Below are positions 40,724 through 50,520 of a DNA stretch of 64,000 bases, piece by piece (the stretch's first letter is position 1; each line of letters begins with the position of its first letter). The notes beneath the pieces were generated by a model that ran no database searches, had not been told where the DNA came from, and was given only the letters and a program-made list of their open reading frames with translations. The stretch comes from Pseudomonadota bacterium (GTDB lineage: Bacteria; Pseudomonadota; Alphaproteobacteria; UBA8366). A program made the translations under genes and the position numbers. Location of the stretch: the NCBI GenBank assembly GCA_036339585.1, contig JAYZAS010000004.1, positions 121,767 to 185,766 on the forward strand, given 5' to 3'.

Positions 40724-41347
40724 TTTTCTACCTTTACCTAAAATTAATTTTTTTAATGTTGCACTGTTTGCGGCATTTTAAGAAGTTTGACTGTACGTTT
40801 ACAACTTCGATTGTGCAAACCACATAATCAAGATGGTGAATCACATCAGGAGAATCACCATGTTTACACTTTTAGCCCAAAGTTAGCATATTAATCCGCA
40901 CATCGCAGACGAAGTAATGATGTTTTTAAGAATGTAACAGAAACGTTCCTTTAATTTAGTCCTTTCGACACTTGTTACTGGCTAGTCTTGGGCCAGATTG
41001 ACTGTGATGGTGTGCACGGCTTAGTCGGCTTTCGCGAGCCGGAAAAGAAAGAATGTTATCGTCTACCATATTAGCGCTATCTGCCGCTGCTGCAAACGCA
41101 TAAGCCTCAAACAATAATGCCGGCATACTGTCCAACGATTGCCAAGGATAAAGGGCAGTAGTACCCCCATGTAAATAACGAACCAAACTACTTGACCTGC
41201 GCTTAAAATCCCATAACTGCGGCATTACCTCCTCCGTCGGAAGAAAGAAATTGATAGCATGCCCCCTAACCTAAACTGTCTCAAAATGAAATCAATGTTT
41301 TCATTGGACGGATTGCATACCATTATGAATAAGTATAGATATCAATC

Positions 41348-42214
41348 ATGGCGTATTTGGACCATATAAGTGCTTGCAATAACTTCAATCAGGGAGACTA
41401 TGTACCTTTCATTATAAACGGGGATAGATTCGGTTGGATAGGGCCAGAATTTGCCTCCCAGCTCGCGACTTGGACAGATGTTTTTAATCTCTCACCCGAA
41501 CATGTAGCATTATCAAAAAGCTTTAAAGACTTTGATAGCAGAAGCGAGGCAGTGCTGCCCCCCCTTGCTGAATTGTTAAAAACAAATTACGTGGAGGCAT
41601 GGCGCGATGAATTTTACCCTGTCACCTCTGATTGGCACACTCCCGCGGTCATGCAGATTGAACGTGCTGCTTGCCCTTATTTTGGCATAAGGGCCTATGG
41701 GGTTCACCTGAATGGCTATGTCCGTAAACGCGACGGCATACACATGTGGATTGCAAAACGTGATAGCAATAAACAAACATACCCAGGCCTTCTAGACAAC
41801 ATGGTCGCCGGCGGCCAGCCAATCGGACTGGGATTAAAAGAAAATTTGATGAAAGAGTGTAATGAGGAAGCAGGAATACCAATAGGGCTGGCAGCCGAAT
41901 CAGTACCCACAAGCTTCATCTCTTACACGCATATAATGCCCGTCATGCCGACTGGAGGAGTAAAACCGGATCAAATATTTTGCTTCGATATTGAATTGCC
42001 CAATGATTTCCAACCTCACCCAGTAGATGGCGAGGTCGAAGCCTTCTACCTTTGGCCAATAGAGCAAGTCGCAGAAACGGTTCGCGAAACTGACGGCTTT
42101 AAGTTTAATTGCAATTTAGTGATAATCGATTTCCTCATCCGTCATGGAATTATCACACCCGACAATGAAAAAAGCTTTGCTGCTATTGCTCAGGGTCTTC
42201 GAAACGGCATCTAA
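41348..42214 (+). CDS. NUDIX hydrolase with an N-terminal DUF4743-like domain
   Basis: 288 aa with Nudix box 'GGQPIGLGLKENLMKECNEEAGI'. Confidence 0.82.
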   Translation: MAYLDHISACNNFNQGDYVPFIINGDRFGWIGPEFASQLATWTDVFNLSPEHVALSKSFKDFDSRSEAVLPPLAELLKTNYVEAWRDEFYPVTSDWHTPAVMQIERAACPYFGIRAYGVHLNGYVRKRDGIHMWIAKRDSNKQTYPGLLDNMVAGGQPIGLGLKENLMKECNEEAGIPIGLAAESVPTSFISYTHIMPVMPTGGVKPDQIFCFDIELPNDFQPHPVDGEVEAFYLWPIEQVAETVRETDGFKFNCNLVIIDFLIRHGIITPDNEKSFAAIAQGLRNGI

Positions 42215-42219
42215 AATAT

Positions 42220-44022
42220 CTACCGGTCGCTCATCTTGAGCGCATCAATGAAAGCTGATTGTGGAATCTCCACATTCCCAAATTCCCGCATCTTTTTCTT
42301 ACCCTTTTTCTGCTTTTCCAATAATTTTCTCTTCCGTGTGATGTCTCCGCCGTAACACTTTGCAGTAACATCTTTGCGCATTGCTGAAATAGTCTCTCGA
42401 GCAATCACCTTGCCACCAATGGCGGCCTGTATTGGCACTTTGAATAATTGTCGTGGGATAAGCTCTTTTAAACGTTCGCAGATCTGACGGCCTCGACTTT
42501 CAGCCGAGGACCTATGAACTATCATAGACAAAGCATCAACCGGCTCACCATTAACCAATATTCCAACCCTCACTAGATCATTTTCACGATAACCGACAAG
42601 CTCATAATCAAAGCTTGCATATCCACGACTAATTGATTTCAGACGATCATAAAAATCAAAAACAACCTCATTTAATGGCAAATAATAAACTGCCATCGCC
42701 CGGTTCCCCACATAGGTGAGCTGATCTTGCTCGCCTCGCCGCTCCGTGCAAAGTGAAAGAATTGGTCCTAAGTACTCATCCGGAACAATAATAGTTGCCT
42801 TTATCCAAGGCTCATGAACCGATTTGATTTGAACCTGATCAGGGTAATCTGCCGGATTGTGGAGTGTCATTTCCTCCCCACTCATAAGGAGTAACCGATA
42901 AACTACAGAAGGTGCCGTTGTTATTAAGTCGAGATCGAATTCACGACTAAGGCGCTCCTGGATAATTTCCAGATGTAAAAGACCAAGACAGCCACATCTA
43001 AACCCGAAACCCAGTGCTGCAGAGGTTTCCGCCTCATAATGGAAAGACGAGTCGTTGAGTGCTAGTTTACCCAAACTTTCTCTAAGATCCTCGTAATCGG
43101 CATTGTCGACCGGGAACAGTCCACAAAATACAACAGGGACCGTTGGCTTAAATCCCGGCAGAGCTTCGACAGACCCATTCTTCGCTTCTGTTAAAGTATC
43201 GCCGACCTTACAATCAGATACAGATTTTATACCTGCGGTGATAAAACCTATTTCACCCGGGCCAAGTTCAGCTACAGTATCTTGCTTTGGACGAAAAACA
43301 CCAACTTGATCGACTTCATGAATTGCTCCCGTTGCGATCATCTTCAATTTCATGCCAGCCTTTAGGCATCCATCAACAATACGGACCAACGCAACCACAC
43401 CGAGATATGGGTCATACCAACTATCAACAAGCAAGGCCTTTAAAGAGACATTGGCAGCACCTTTTGGGGAGGGCAACTTGTTAACGAGTGCCTCTAAAAC
43501 GTCCACAATTCCCTCTCCCGTTTTGGCAGAAACCGCAATAGCATCGGATGCATCAATCCCAACCACGTCTTCGATTTGAGTTCGAATACGTTCCGGCTCT
43601 GCGGACGGCAAGTCTATTTTATTAAGAACAGGGATAATCTCATGATTGTTTTCGATAGCTAAATAAGCGTTGGCAAGGGTCTGCGCTTCAACTCCTTGGC
43701 TTGAGTCAACAACCAACAACGATCCCTCACAAGCAGCGAGTGAACGACTCACCTCGTAAGAAAAATCAACGTGACCAGGTGTGTCCATAAAGTTTAGTTG
43801 GTAGTGATTTCCATCTTTGGCTTTATAGTCAAGTCGTACCGTTTGCGCTTTGATTGTGATACCGCGTTCTCGCTCAAGCTCCATAGAGTCGAGCACTTGT
43901 TCTCGCATTTCTCGATCGCTGAGCCCTCCACACGCTTGAATTAATCGATCTGAAAGGGTCGACTTCCCATGATCAATATGGGCAACAATGGAGAAATTTC
44001 GTATTTTTTTTATTTCACTCAT
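42220..44022 (-). CDS. lepA: translation elongation factor 4 (LepA)
   Basis: Has '[17 protein letters not shown]', 'DTPGHVDF', 'NKIDL' and the C-terminal LepA domain. Start taken at [10 protein letters not shown]; the track ORF starts 69 nt upstream. Confidence 0.95.
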   Translation of the reverse strand: MSEIKKIRNFSIVAHIDHGKSTLSDRLIQACGGLSDREMREQVLDSMELERERGITIKAQTVRLDYKAKDGNHYQLNFMDTPGHVDFSYEVSRSLAACEGSLLVVDSSQGVEAQTLANAYLAIENNHEIIPVLNKIDLPSAEPERIRTQIEDVVGIDASDAIAVSAKTGEGIVDVLEALVNKLPSPKGAANVSLKALLVDSWYDPYLGVVALVRIVDGCLKAGMKLKMIATGAIHEVDQVGVFRPKQDTVAELGPGEIGFITAGIKSVSDCKVGDTLTEAKNGSVEALPGFKPTVPVVFCGLFPVDNADYEDLRESLGKLALNDSSFHYEAETSAALGFGFRCGCLGLLHLEIIQERLSREFDLDLITTAPSVVYRLLLMSGEEMTLHNPADYPDQVQIKSVHEPWIKATIIVPDEYLGPILSLCTERRGEQDQLTYVGNRAMAVYYLPLNEVVFDFYDRLKSISRGYASFDYELVGYRENDLVRVGILVNGEPVDALSMIVHRSSAESRGRQICERLKELIPRQLFKVPIQAAIGGKVIARETISAMRKDVTAKCYGGDITRKRKLLEKQKKGKKKMREFGNVEIPQSAFIDALKMSDR

Positions 44023-44106
44023 ACTTCCATAGCTAAATCTTTTGCAACATAATTTGAAGGCCCAAACGCCACGCGCTTTTGGTAACGACAAGAATTGCCC
44101 GCTACA

Positions 44107-44544
44107 TTACTTTGCGAAAACTCTATAGAAATCTTTCACAAGCACTTGTTTAACTCTCTCGTCACCTGCAACTTTTCTGGCAGCGGCAGTAAGAATCGTC
44201 TTCACCTTCCGCAGACGCACCTTTTTGTCTTGGCCAAGCGTTGCTGCATACCTATAGAGTTCCTCGAAAAAAACTGCCGTTAATTTTGGACTATATTGCA
44301 ACATTATTGGCCGTTCGCCGGGTTGCTGCATTTCAATGAGCAAGTTAAAAAGCAAGGCTCCTTTGGCTTTGCCGTCTTGAAGGATAGGAACACTCATATT
44401 ATCGATCGGAAAAAACATCTCGGCTTTGCTTCCTTTTTTTTCATCAGCGGCAAAAGCAGAGCCTAGAGATATTTTAGAGACCAAAGCAACAAAAATAAGT
44501 ACTGGAATAATCAATTTAGTACGCAACATCGTAAGTCTCGTCAT
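44107..44544 (-). CDS. hypothetical exported protein
   Basis: Start at MTRLTMLRTKLIIPVLIFVALV...SAFA (signal-like). About 145 aa. The overall layout is loosely FliL-like, but I cannot support a family call. Confidence 0.5.
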   Translation of the reverse strand: MTRLTMLRTKLIIPVLIFVALVSKISLGSAFAADEKKGSKAEMFFPIDNMSVPILQDGKAKGALLFNLLIEMQQPGERPIMLQYSPKLTAVFFEELYRYAATLGQDKKVRLRKVKTILTAAARKVAGDERVKQVLVKDFYRVFAK

Positions 44545-44747
44545 CTGTAAATCTTCCACGATATATAATTGGGATCGCCCGAGTAGCGGAAACAATGCCA
44601 CTATCTTTCGTTGAGTTTAATACTGGAATTTTGGCGCAAATAAGCTTCAAAGAGCTTTACAGAACATTTCCAGCATTTCGATAACATCCTACTGCTCCCA
44701 ATTGTTTTCTCAGATATATTATCTAAGGCTAAAATCTTTTAGCCTGT

Positions 44748-45224
44748 TTAAAAACAGGACAGTTGCTCTTGCCTCCAACCCCAAACAATCTTCCAAGCAC
44801 CTTTGTTTTTCTCCAAACAAAAGGTCGTGCCGTTTCCGGGGCTGAACTCTAGGACCCATCTACGCTCGTCACCAGTGAGGAGTTTCGCACTAGCACGCAG
44901 GAGAAAATCACCGTGCCCAGTCATCATAATATCTCCCCCACCTGACTCAACATGGTCAATGAAAGGCTCGACCGGATCCTCTGGAGCAATACCGTAATTT
45001 GAAATAGCAACGGGTACAGGCTGACCCAGATTTGCCGCCACGAGTTCTCCCGTTTCTCTAGTCCACAGCTTATCGCTGTGAATTATTTGCGATGGAATCG
45101 CATCTATACCTTTCATAAACATACCAAGTCTTTCGGCCTCACAAACACCAACCTTGCTTAAATGACGTTCCGGGTCTTGTTCGGCACTTAGTGCGTTGGC
45201 ATGGTGAGTCAAATAAACTTTCAT
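44748..45224 (-). CDS. histidine phosphatase family protein (SixA-like)
   Basis: Start at MKVYLTHHANA (RHG-motif variant). Also has a later 'MMTGHGDFL' catalytic His region. About 158 aa. Confidence 0.68.
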   Translation of the reverse strand: MKVYLTHHANALSAEQDPERHLSKVGVCEAERLGMFMKGIDAIPSQIIHSDKLWTRETGELVAANLGQPVPVAISNYGIAPEDPVEPFIDHVESGGGDIMMTGHGDFLLRASAKLLTGDERRWVLEFSPGNGTTFCLEKNKGAWKIVWGWRQEQLSCF

Positions 45225-45429
45225 AAAATTCCTTTTTTCTTTAGATAACATTTCGGAGTCGTTGGACGAATTACAAAATAATGGCATAATTAGTGCCTCA
45301 CGAATATAGCAATCGCCTGCGGATCAATTTTTACGTGATATCAAACATCTACTGAGGCGTCTATATTCCCAGTGGGTCGCTTTCAACGGCTGTAAGCCGA
45401 GAGGCCCGCAGTACAAGATTGGAGGCATC

Positions 45430-46413
45430 ATGATATCACCCCAGACAGTAAATGATCTAAGTTGCTGGAGAGGGCCAAAAATGAATTCCAACATGGAATG
45501 GCTCTACACAATTGGTAAGAATGAAATTTCGGACTTAGAAAGCGCCCTTCGACGCGTAAAGGCACAAAATATTCCGCTCCTGCAAATGACAAAAAAAGAT
45601 TTTCCTCTGCCGTGCCTTTCCAAGACGTTGCAGAGGATTTTAAATGATGTGCAACATGGGCGTGGCTTTGCTGTTCTGCGCGGCATACCAATTCATCAAT
45701 TTTCGAAGTCCGAAAATGAAATTATTACGTGGGGGATTGGGACATATTTGGGACGAGCTATTTCTCAAAATTCTAACGGGGATCTATTGGGACATGTCTT
45801 CGATCACGGGGTACATATGCATACGGAGCGGGTTCGAGGCTACATGACGCCAGACCATCTGCGTTTTCACTCTGACCGTTGTGACCTCGTTGCTCTGGCT
45901 TGTATTAGAAAAGCGAGAGATGGTGGAGTAAGTCGTTTAGTAAGCATGACCGCACTTCATGACGAAATTCTCGCTACCCGCCCAGATCTGCTTGAGCCGT
46001 TTTACCGGGGATTTATGTATGTTGTTAGCGAACTTTCTGGTGATACTAAACCCATACGGGTTCCAACATTTAGTGTTGCTGATGGTGTCCTCAGTTGCAG
46101 ACTGCAGCGTAATCAAATTGAAATGTCTGCAAAAAAATGCGGGATTTCGCTAACTAAAATTGAACGGGAGGCTCTAGATCATTTAGATGAACTGGCGGAC
46201 AGCGAGGCATTTGTCCTCGAAATGGATCTGGAGCCCGGTGATATTCAGCTTTGTAACAATTATGTCATTGCCCATGGACGGACTGACTTCACCGACAGCC
46301 CGAATAAAAATGAGAAGAGGCTTATGTTACGACTTTGGCTAAAATTTGCGGAACCACGACCCGTGGGTGACGCATTTTTTGATTTTGATGGCATTCCTAA
46401 GGCTTCTCAATGA
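45430..46413 (+). CDS. TauD/TfdA-family Fe(II)/2-oxoglutarate dioxygenase (type A, copy 1)
   Basis: 327 aa. HxD in 'LRFHSDRCD' and distal His in 'VIAHGRTDF'. GGAGG SD upstream. Confidence 0.8.
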   Translation: MISPQTVNDLSCWRGPKMNSNMEWLYTIGKNEISDLESALRRVKAQNIPLLQMTKKDFPLPCLSKTLQRILNDVQHGRGFAVLRGIPIHQFSKSENEIITWGIGTYLGRAISQNSNGDLLGHVFDHGVHMHTERVRGYMTPDHLRFHSDRCDLVALACIRKARDGGVSRLVSMTALHDEILATRPDLLEPFYRGFMYVVSELSGDTKPIRVPTFSVADGVLSCRLQRNQIEMSAKKCGISLTKIEREALDHLDELADSEAFVLEMDLEPGDIQLCNNYVIAHGRTDFTDSPNKNEKRLMLRLWLKFAEPRPVGDAFFDFDGIPKASQ

Positions 46414-47399
46414 TTGATTATACAAAATTCATTGGACCAGCTAGCTGGAAAGGTGCCGACCTTACTAAGACTGATGATTGGATATGGACTTTAACGAAAG
46501 GCGAGATCGCGGAACTGAGAAATGTCGTTAGCGACACTTGGGATCTAAAATTGGAGAGCATAACTCGACAGAAGTTTCATGTTCCTTTCCTTGCACCCCG
46601 TTTAGAGAGATTGGTTGACGAAATCCGTAATGGAAGGGGTTTCGTCGTATTGCGCGGACTGCCCGTCAGTGAGATGTCCAATGAGGAAGTGTACCGTGCC
46701 CACTGGGGCATTGGAACGCATCTTGGTTTGGCACTTTCGCAGAACTCTTTTGGGGACATGCTGGGCCATGTCTATGATGAAAAACCTGACCCCAGCGAAG
46801 TTAGTCCTCGGGGATATCGTACGAACCAATTGCTGCGGTTTCACACCGATAGGGCAGATGTTGTTAGCCTACTGTGTCTCAGGAAGGCCTTATCCGGAGG
46901 AGAAAGTAGTATTACAAGTTCGATGACCATTTACAATGCTATCCTTCAACATCATCCTGAATACCTTCCAGCACTAACACGTGGTTACATGCATGCACAT
47001 GCCGAAGATATTGGACTCGATGAGCCTAGGCGACTACCAGTCTTCCACGAGCAAGATGGCGTCTTGAGTTGCCGACTTAACAGAGGTCCAATTGAAAACT
47101 CGCATCTACGCGCAAACATTCCCATTACGCCAGAGGAGGCACGTGCACTAGTAGCCTTCGACTTCTATGCTGAACACCCTGATTACAGGCTGGACATGCT
47201 GCTCCTCAATGGCGATATTCAGTTCGTAAATAACTATCGGGTAGTGCATTCACGTAAAGAATTTACGGATGGGGAGAAAGAGCAAGATCAACGACACATG
47301 GTACGACTTTGGCTCAACTATTATGGAAAGCCATGGCCGCGTGGCCCGCATTTAAGTGATTATAATGGCGTTCCTAAGAAACTCACCCGGGAACAGTAG
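46410..47399 (+). CDS. TauD/TfdA-family Fe(II)/2-oxoglutarate dioxygenase (type A, copy 2)
   Basis: 329 aa. HxD in 'LRFHTDRAD' and distal His in 'RVVHSRKEF'. ATGA overlap with copy 1. Alignable to copy 1 along its full length. Confidence 0.8.
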   Translation: MIDYTKFIGPASWKGADLTKTDDWIWTLTKGEIAELRNVVSDTWDLKLESITRQKFHVPFLAPRLERLVDEIRNGRGFVVLRGLPVSEMSNEEVYRAHWGIGTHLGLALSQNSFGDMLGHVYDEKPDPSEVSPRGYRTNQLLRFHTDRADVVSLLCLRKALSGGESSITSSMTIYNAILQHHPEYLPALTRGYMHAHAEDIGLDEPRRLPVFHEQDGVLSCRLNRGPIENSHLRANIPITPEEARALVAFDFYAEHPDYRLDMLLLNGDIQFVNNYRVVHSRKEFTDGEKEQDQRHMVRLWLNYYGKPWPRGPHLSDYNGVPKKLTREQ

Positions 47400-47415
47400 C
47401 CCTAGTAGGGAGGTA

Positions 47416-47514
47416 ATGATGAAAACTTATTTTATCGTGAGCGTTGCGATCTTTGCGGTAATAACACTCTACGGAGTATACACTGGACAATTTGATGCTA
47501 TGCTTGCCAAATAG
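47416..47514 (+). CDS. candidate 32-aa single-TM peptide
   Basis: Below the track cutoff. The SD GGGAGG (47408-13) lies just upstream of the ATGATG. Translation is MMKTYFIVSVAIFAVITLYGVYTGQFDAMLAK. Sits between dioxygenase A2 and the FAH gene on the same strand. Confidence 0.35.
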   Translation: MMKTYFIVSVAIFAVITLYGVYTGQFDAMLAK

Positions 47515-47554
47515 TTGGCGGAATTCTAATCCAAATTAAGAGGGGACATATTCG

Positions 47555-48340
47555 ATGCGTATTGCGAGGTTTGATAAGGACGGTCGCCCATGCCACGGAA
47601 TTATTGAAGGTGAAACTATCTATGAAGTAGAGGGTGGCCTTTTTGATGGCCTCAATAAGACCGGAGAGACCCACGCGTTAAGTGCAACCAAGCTTTTAGT
47701 CCCGTTTAAACCTGAAGTGTTTTATGCAGCAGGCTTAAACTATGCTGAGCATGTGAAGGAGCAAGCAGAAATGCACGGGAGGGAACCGAATCTCCCGGAA
47801 AAGCCAGATATAGGATATCGGGCCAATAATGCGTTAATTGCTCATGATGAAGACGTAGTAATCCCGGCACACGCCCCTGACACTGTCCAATACGAAGGAG
47901 AAATCGTAGCGATTGTCGGCAAAAAAGCGAAAAATCTGACAAAAGAAAATGCCCTCTCGTGTATTATGGGATACACAATTGGAAACGACGTGAGTGAACG
48001 GACCTGGCAAACAGGTGACCGAACGATGTGGAGAGCGAAGAATACAGATACATTTAAGCCTATGGGTCCATGGATTGAGACTGATGTTGATCTGGAATCC
48101 CTAACCACAACAGTTCGTGTGAATGGCAAACAAACAATACAGTTTCCGACTAATAATTTCCATTTCGACATTCCAACTTTTATTGAAGCAATGACTAGCT
48201 GCCTTACGCTGCACCCGGGCGACATGATTTGGATGGGAACAGAAGGACGGGCACCGAACCTGCAACACGGCGATACTGTGGAAGTAGAAATCGACGGAAT
48301 AGGCCTTCTCAGAAACCGATTCGTACGAGAAGGTCAGTAA
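47555..48340 (+). CDS. fumarylacetoacetate hydrolase (FAH) family protein
   Basis: 261 aa with 'YEGEIVAIVGKKAKN' and 'GYTIGNDVSER...WRAKNTDTFKPMGP'. Confidence 0.88.
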   Translation: MRIARFDKDGRPCHGIIEGETIYEVEGGLFDGLNKTGETHALSATKLLVPFKPEVFYAAGLNYAEHVKEQAEMHGREPNLPEKPDIGYRANNALIAHDEDVVIPAHAPDTVQYEGEIVAIVGKKAKNLTKENALSCIMGYTIGNDVSERTWQTGDRTMWRAKNTDTFKPMGPWIETDVDLESLTTTVRVNGKQTIQFPTNNFHFDIPTFIEAMTSCLTLHPGDMIWMGTEGRAPNLQHGDTVEVEIDGIGLLRNRFVREGQ

Positions 48341-48424
48341 GGAAGCCCCTAAGAAAGAATAATTGTTTGCAGAAATTCGTTATTTTTCTGCGCCAGAGTC
48401 AGCTCATCTAGGTAGAGCTTCTAT

Positions 48425-49405
48425 TCACCCTGGAATGACTTTATCTCCTGCAAATTGGCACCTCCACATCACTCTTGGTTGTGTCGGGTTGACTACTTCG
48501 CGTCTGTGCATTGCAGACCTATTATCCCAGACCAGAAAGTCGCCAACCTGCCAACTGTGTGTCCAAGCATACTTGGGCTGCGTAGCGTGCGCCCAAATTC
48601 TGTCAAGTAGTTCCTCGCTGTCATTTGGAATCCCCTCTATATATTGAGATGGCCACGTACGCCGCCGCCCGAGATAAAGAGCTTTCTTTTTAGAGACAGG
48701 ATGGATGCGAACCATGGGATGCATAGGCCCGGGAACCTCCTCTGGACAAGTCGGTTCGGTAACACCGGGACGGAGAACATTGGCTGAGTTGCGCGTGGCA
48801 TCCTGCTTGGAACGTTTGCCCTCAATAGCTTTTTTTAGGTCATCAGGCATTTCTTCATACGCCAAATATTGATTATTAAAAGAGGTTTGCCCACTATTAT
48901 CGTCCGGAATTACTAGGGAATAGAGTGTGCTACCAGCAGGGGGCTCCTCGATATAAGAATTATCTGAGTGCCACACAACCTCCAAGCTCCCAAGGCCATC
49001 ATTTTTCTCCACCGGATTACCATCTTCGCCAAGATTGCATAAAATCGATATTTCGTTGTCCATTGCATGGTAAAGAGACTTTTTCTTCGCTCTTTCATAA
49101 AATTTTTTGTTCGCCCCCTCCTGGGGTTTACCGAATACTCTAGCTGCAGCCATATAATCATCAGGTTCCAGCTTCTGGTGGCGAAATAAAAGTACCAAAT
49201 GGTCTGCCCAAGCCTTTCTCAACGCTGCAGCTACATCTCTAGAAATGGGTTTAGACAGATTAACCCCTTGTATTTCGGCGCCCACCGCCTTGCCAGTAGG
49301 AATGACACTCAAGGTTTCTAATGTATTTTGCTCCAATTCTACAGGTGAAGGCACCTCTGGTGCATGCGTATACTTTGCAGCAAATTCATGAGTTTCCATT
49401 GCCAT
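48425..49405 (-). CDS. TauD/TfdA-family Fe(II)/2-oxoglutarate dioxygenase (type B, copy 1)
   Basis: 326 aa with 'VVWHSDNSY' (HxD), 'GQTSFNN' and 'WDNRSAMHRR'. AGGAGG SD. Confidence 0.85.
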   Translation of the reverse strand: MAMETHEFAAKYTHAPEVPSPVELEQNTLETLSVIPTGKAVGAEIQGVNLSKPISRDVAAALRKAWADHLVLLFRHQKLEPDDYMAAARVFGKPQEGANKKFYERAKKKSLYHAMDNEISILCNLGEDGNPVEKNDGLGSLEVVWHSDNSYIEEPPAGSTLYSLVIPDDNSGQTSFNNQYLAYEEMPDDLKKAIEGKRSKQDATRNSANVLRPGVTEPTCPEEVPGPMHPMVRIHPVSKKKALYLGRRRTWPSQYIEGIPNDSEELLDRIWAHATQPKYAWTHSWQVGDFLVWDNRSAMHRREVVNPTQPRVMWRCQFAGDKVIPG

Positions 49406-49495
49406 TTTTTATTCCTCCTGAGACCACAAACCTTATTTAAATAACACTTTCCCATAATGCTGAATATATTTCACACTTTCTCATTTTGAAACGGC

Positions 49496-50428
49496 TTAGT
49501 TTTTCCAAGCTGAAATAATCGGCTCACCTTTTATAAGTGCTCGGTGCATTACCCGAGCTTGGGTGTGGTCAATCGGATTACGCTGGTGCATCGTACATCT
49601 ATTATCCCAAAGAATAAGGTCGTGCACCCGCCAATGGTGGGTCCACTTAAGGTGGTCCTGCGTCGTGTGCGCCCATAATCGATCTAACAACCGATCACCC
49701 TCTTCGTTAGGCAACTCTTCAATGTAACTTGAATTACCTTCATACCTGCGACCGAGATATAGGCATTGTTTGCCCGTTTTTGGATGAATGCGAACGATCG
49801 GATGTGCCGGCCCAGTGATCTCTTCGCGAGTTTGCGGCTCTTTTACGGTCGGCCGGAGTTTCCCAGCGGTGTTCCGGAGATTGTCATGTCGAATATGCTT
49901 GCCTTGGATAGCCTTCTTGAGATCGCTCGGCAATTCCTCGTAAGCTTGATATTGATTGTTAAAAGAGGTTTCACCCCCCCCATTAGTTGGCACTATTTCT
50001 GACCACAACAGGGTACCTCCCGGAGGTACATCGACATAGGAGTTGTCGGTATGCCAGAGTGCCTCCAAGCTTCCAACACCCGCAGTTTCGCGTGCTGGCT
50101 TACCGTCCTCGCCAAGGTTCGAAACCAAACTAATGCCAGCGTGCTTCGCAACTCGATGTGTTGCACCCGCATGAAAACCTGCCTTCAGAAAAAATGCACG
50201 GCTACCCGCTACTTGCTGTCCACCAAACACGTCAGCGACTGATAGAATGTCTTCATCTGACAAATCTTGATTACGGAAAAGGAGAACCATATTTTGGAAC
50301 CAGCATTCAAGTAGAAGATCTCGAACCTCATCGGATACTGGTTGACGAAGATCTAAACCAAACACTTCAGCGCCTAGAGCTGCTTCAGTTTGTACAACTT
50401 CAAAGTGGCCGTTACCTACATTCTTCAC
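49496..50428 (-). CDS. TauD/TfdA-family Fe(II)/2-oxoglutarate dioxygenase (type B, copy 2)
   Basis: 310 aa with a GTG start behind GGAGGGG. Has 'ALWHTDNSY', 'GETSFNN' and 'WDNRCTMHQR'. Clear paralog of copy 1. Confidence 0.85.
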   Translation of the reverse strand: MKNVGNGHFEVVQTEAALGAEVFGLDLRQPVSDEVRDLLLECWFQNMVLLFRNQDLSDEDILSVADVFGGQQVAGSRAFFLKAGFHAGATHRVAKHAGISLVSNLGEDGKPARETAGVGSLEALWHTDNSYVDVPPGGTLLWSEIVPTNGGGETSFNNQYQAYEELPSDLKKAIQGKHIRHDNLRNTAGKLRPTVKEPQTREEITGPAHPIVRIHPKTGKQCLYLGRRYEGNSSYIEELPNEEGDRLLDRLWAHTTQDHLKWTHHWRVHDLILWDNRCTMHQRNPIDHTQARVMHRALIKGEPIISAWKN

Positions 50429-50520
50429 AATTCACCCCTCCAATAATAATCATGCGTCACACCACAATTATAGCAGATACCGCAATAAAATACTCTGGGC
50501 CAGGGTCCGTTCTATTTGTC

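Noticed and set aside
40956-41225. 89-aa minus-strand ORF in the acdH-NUDIX intergenic region
   Set aside because: It has no SD, no recognisable domain and a His/Ser/Arg-rich C-terminus. It could be real, but I cannot support it.
47416-47514. RiPP precursor interpretation of the 32-aa ORF next to the dioxygenases; also NHLP-type leader interpretation of the NHase alpha gene (57375-57995)
   Set aside because: The peptide is a plain TM helix with no leader/core organisation or Cys/Ser/Thr-rich core. The NHase alpha is full length with an intact metal site, not a truncated NHLP leader.
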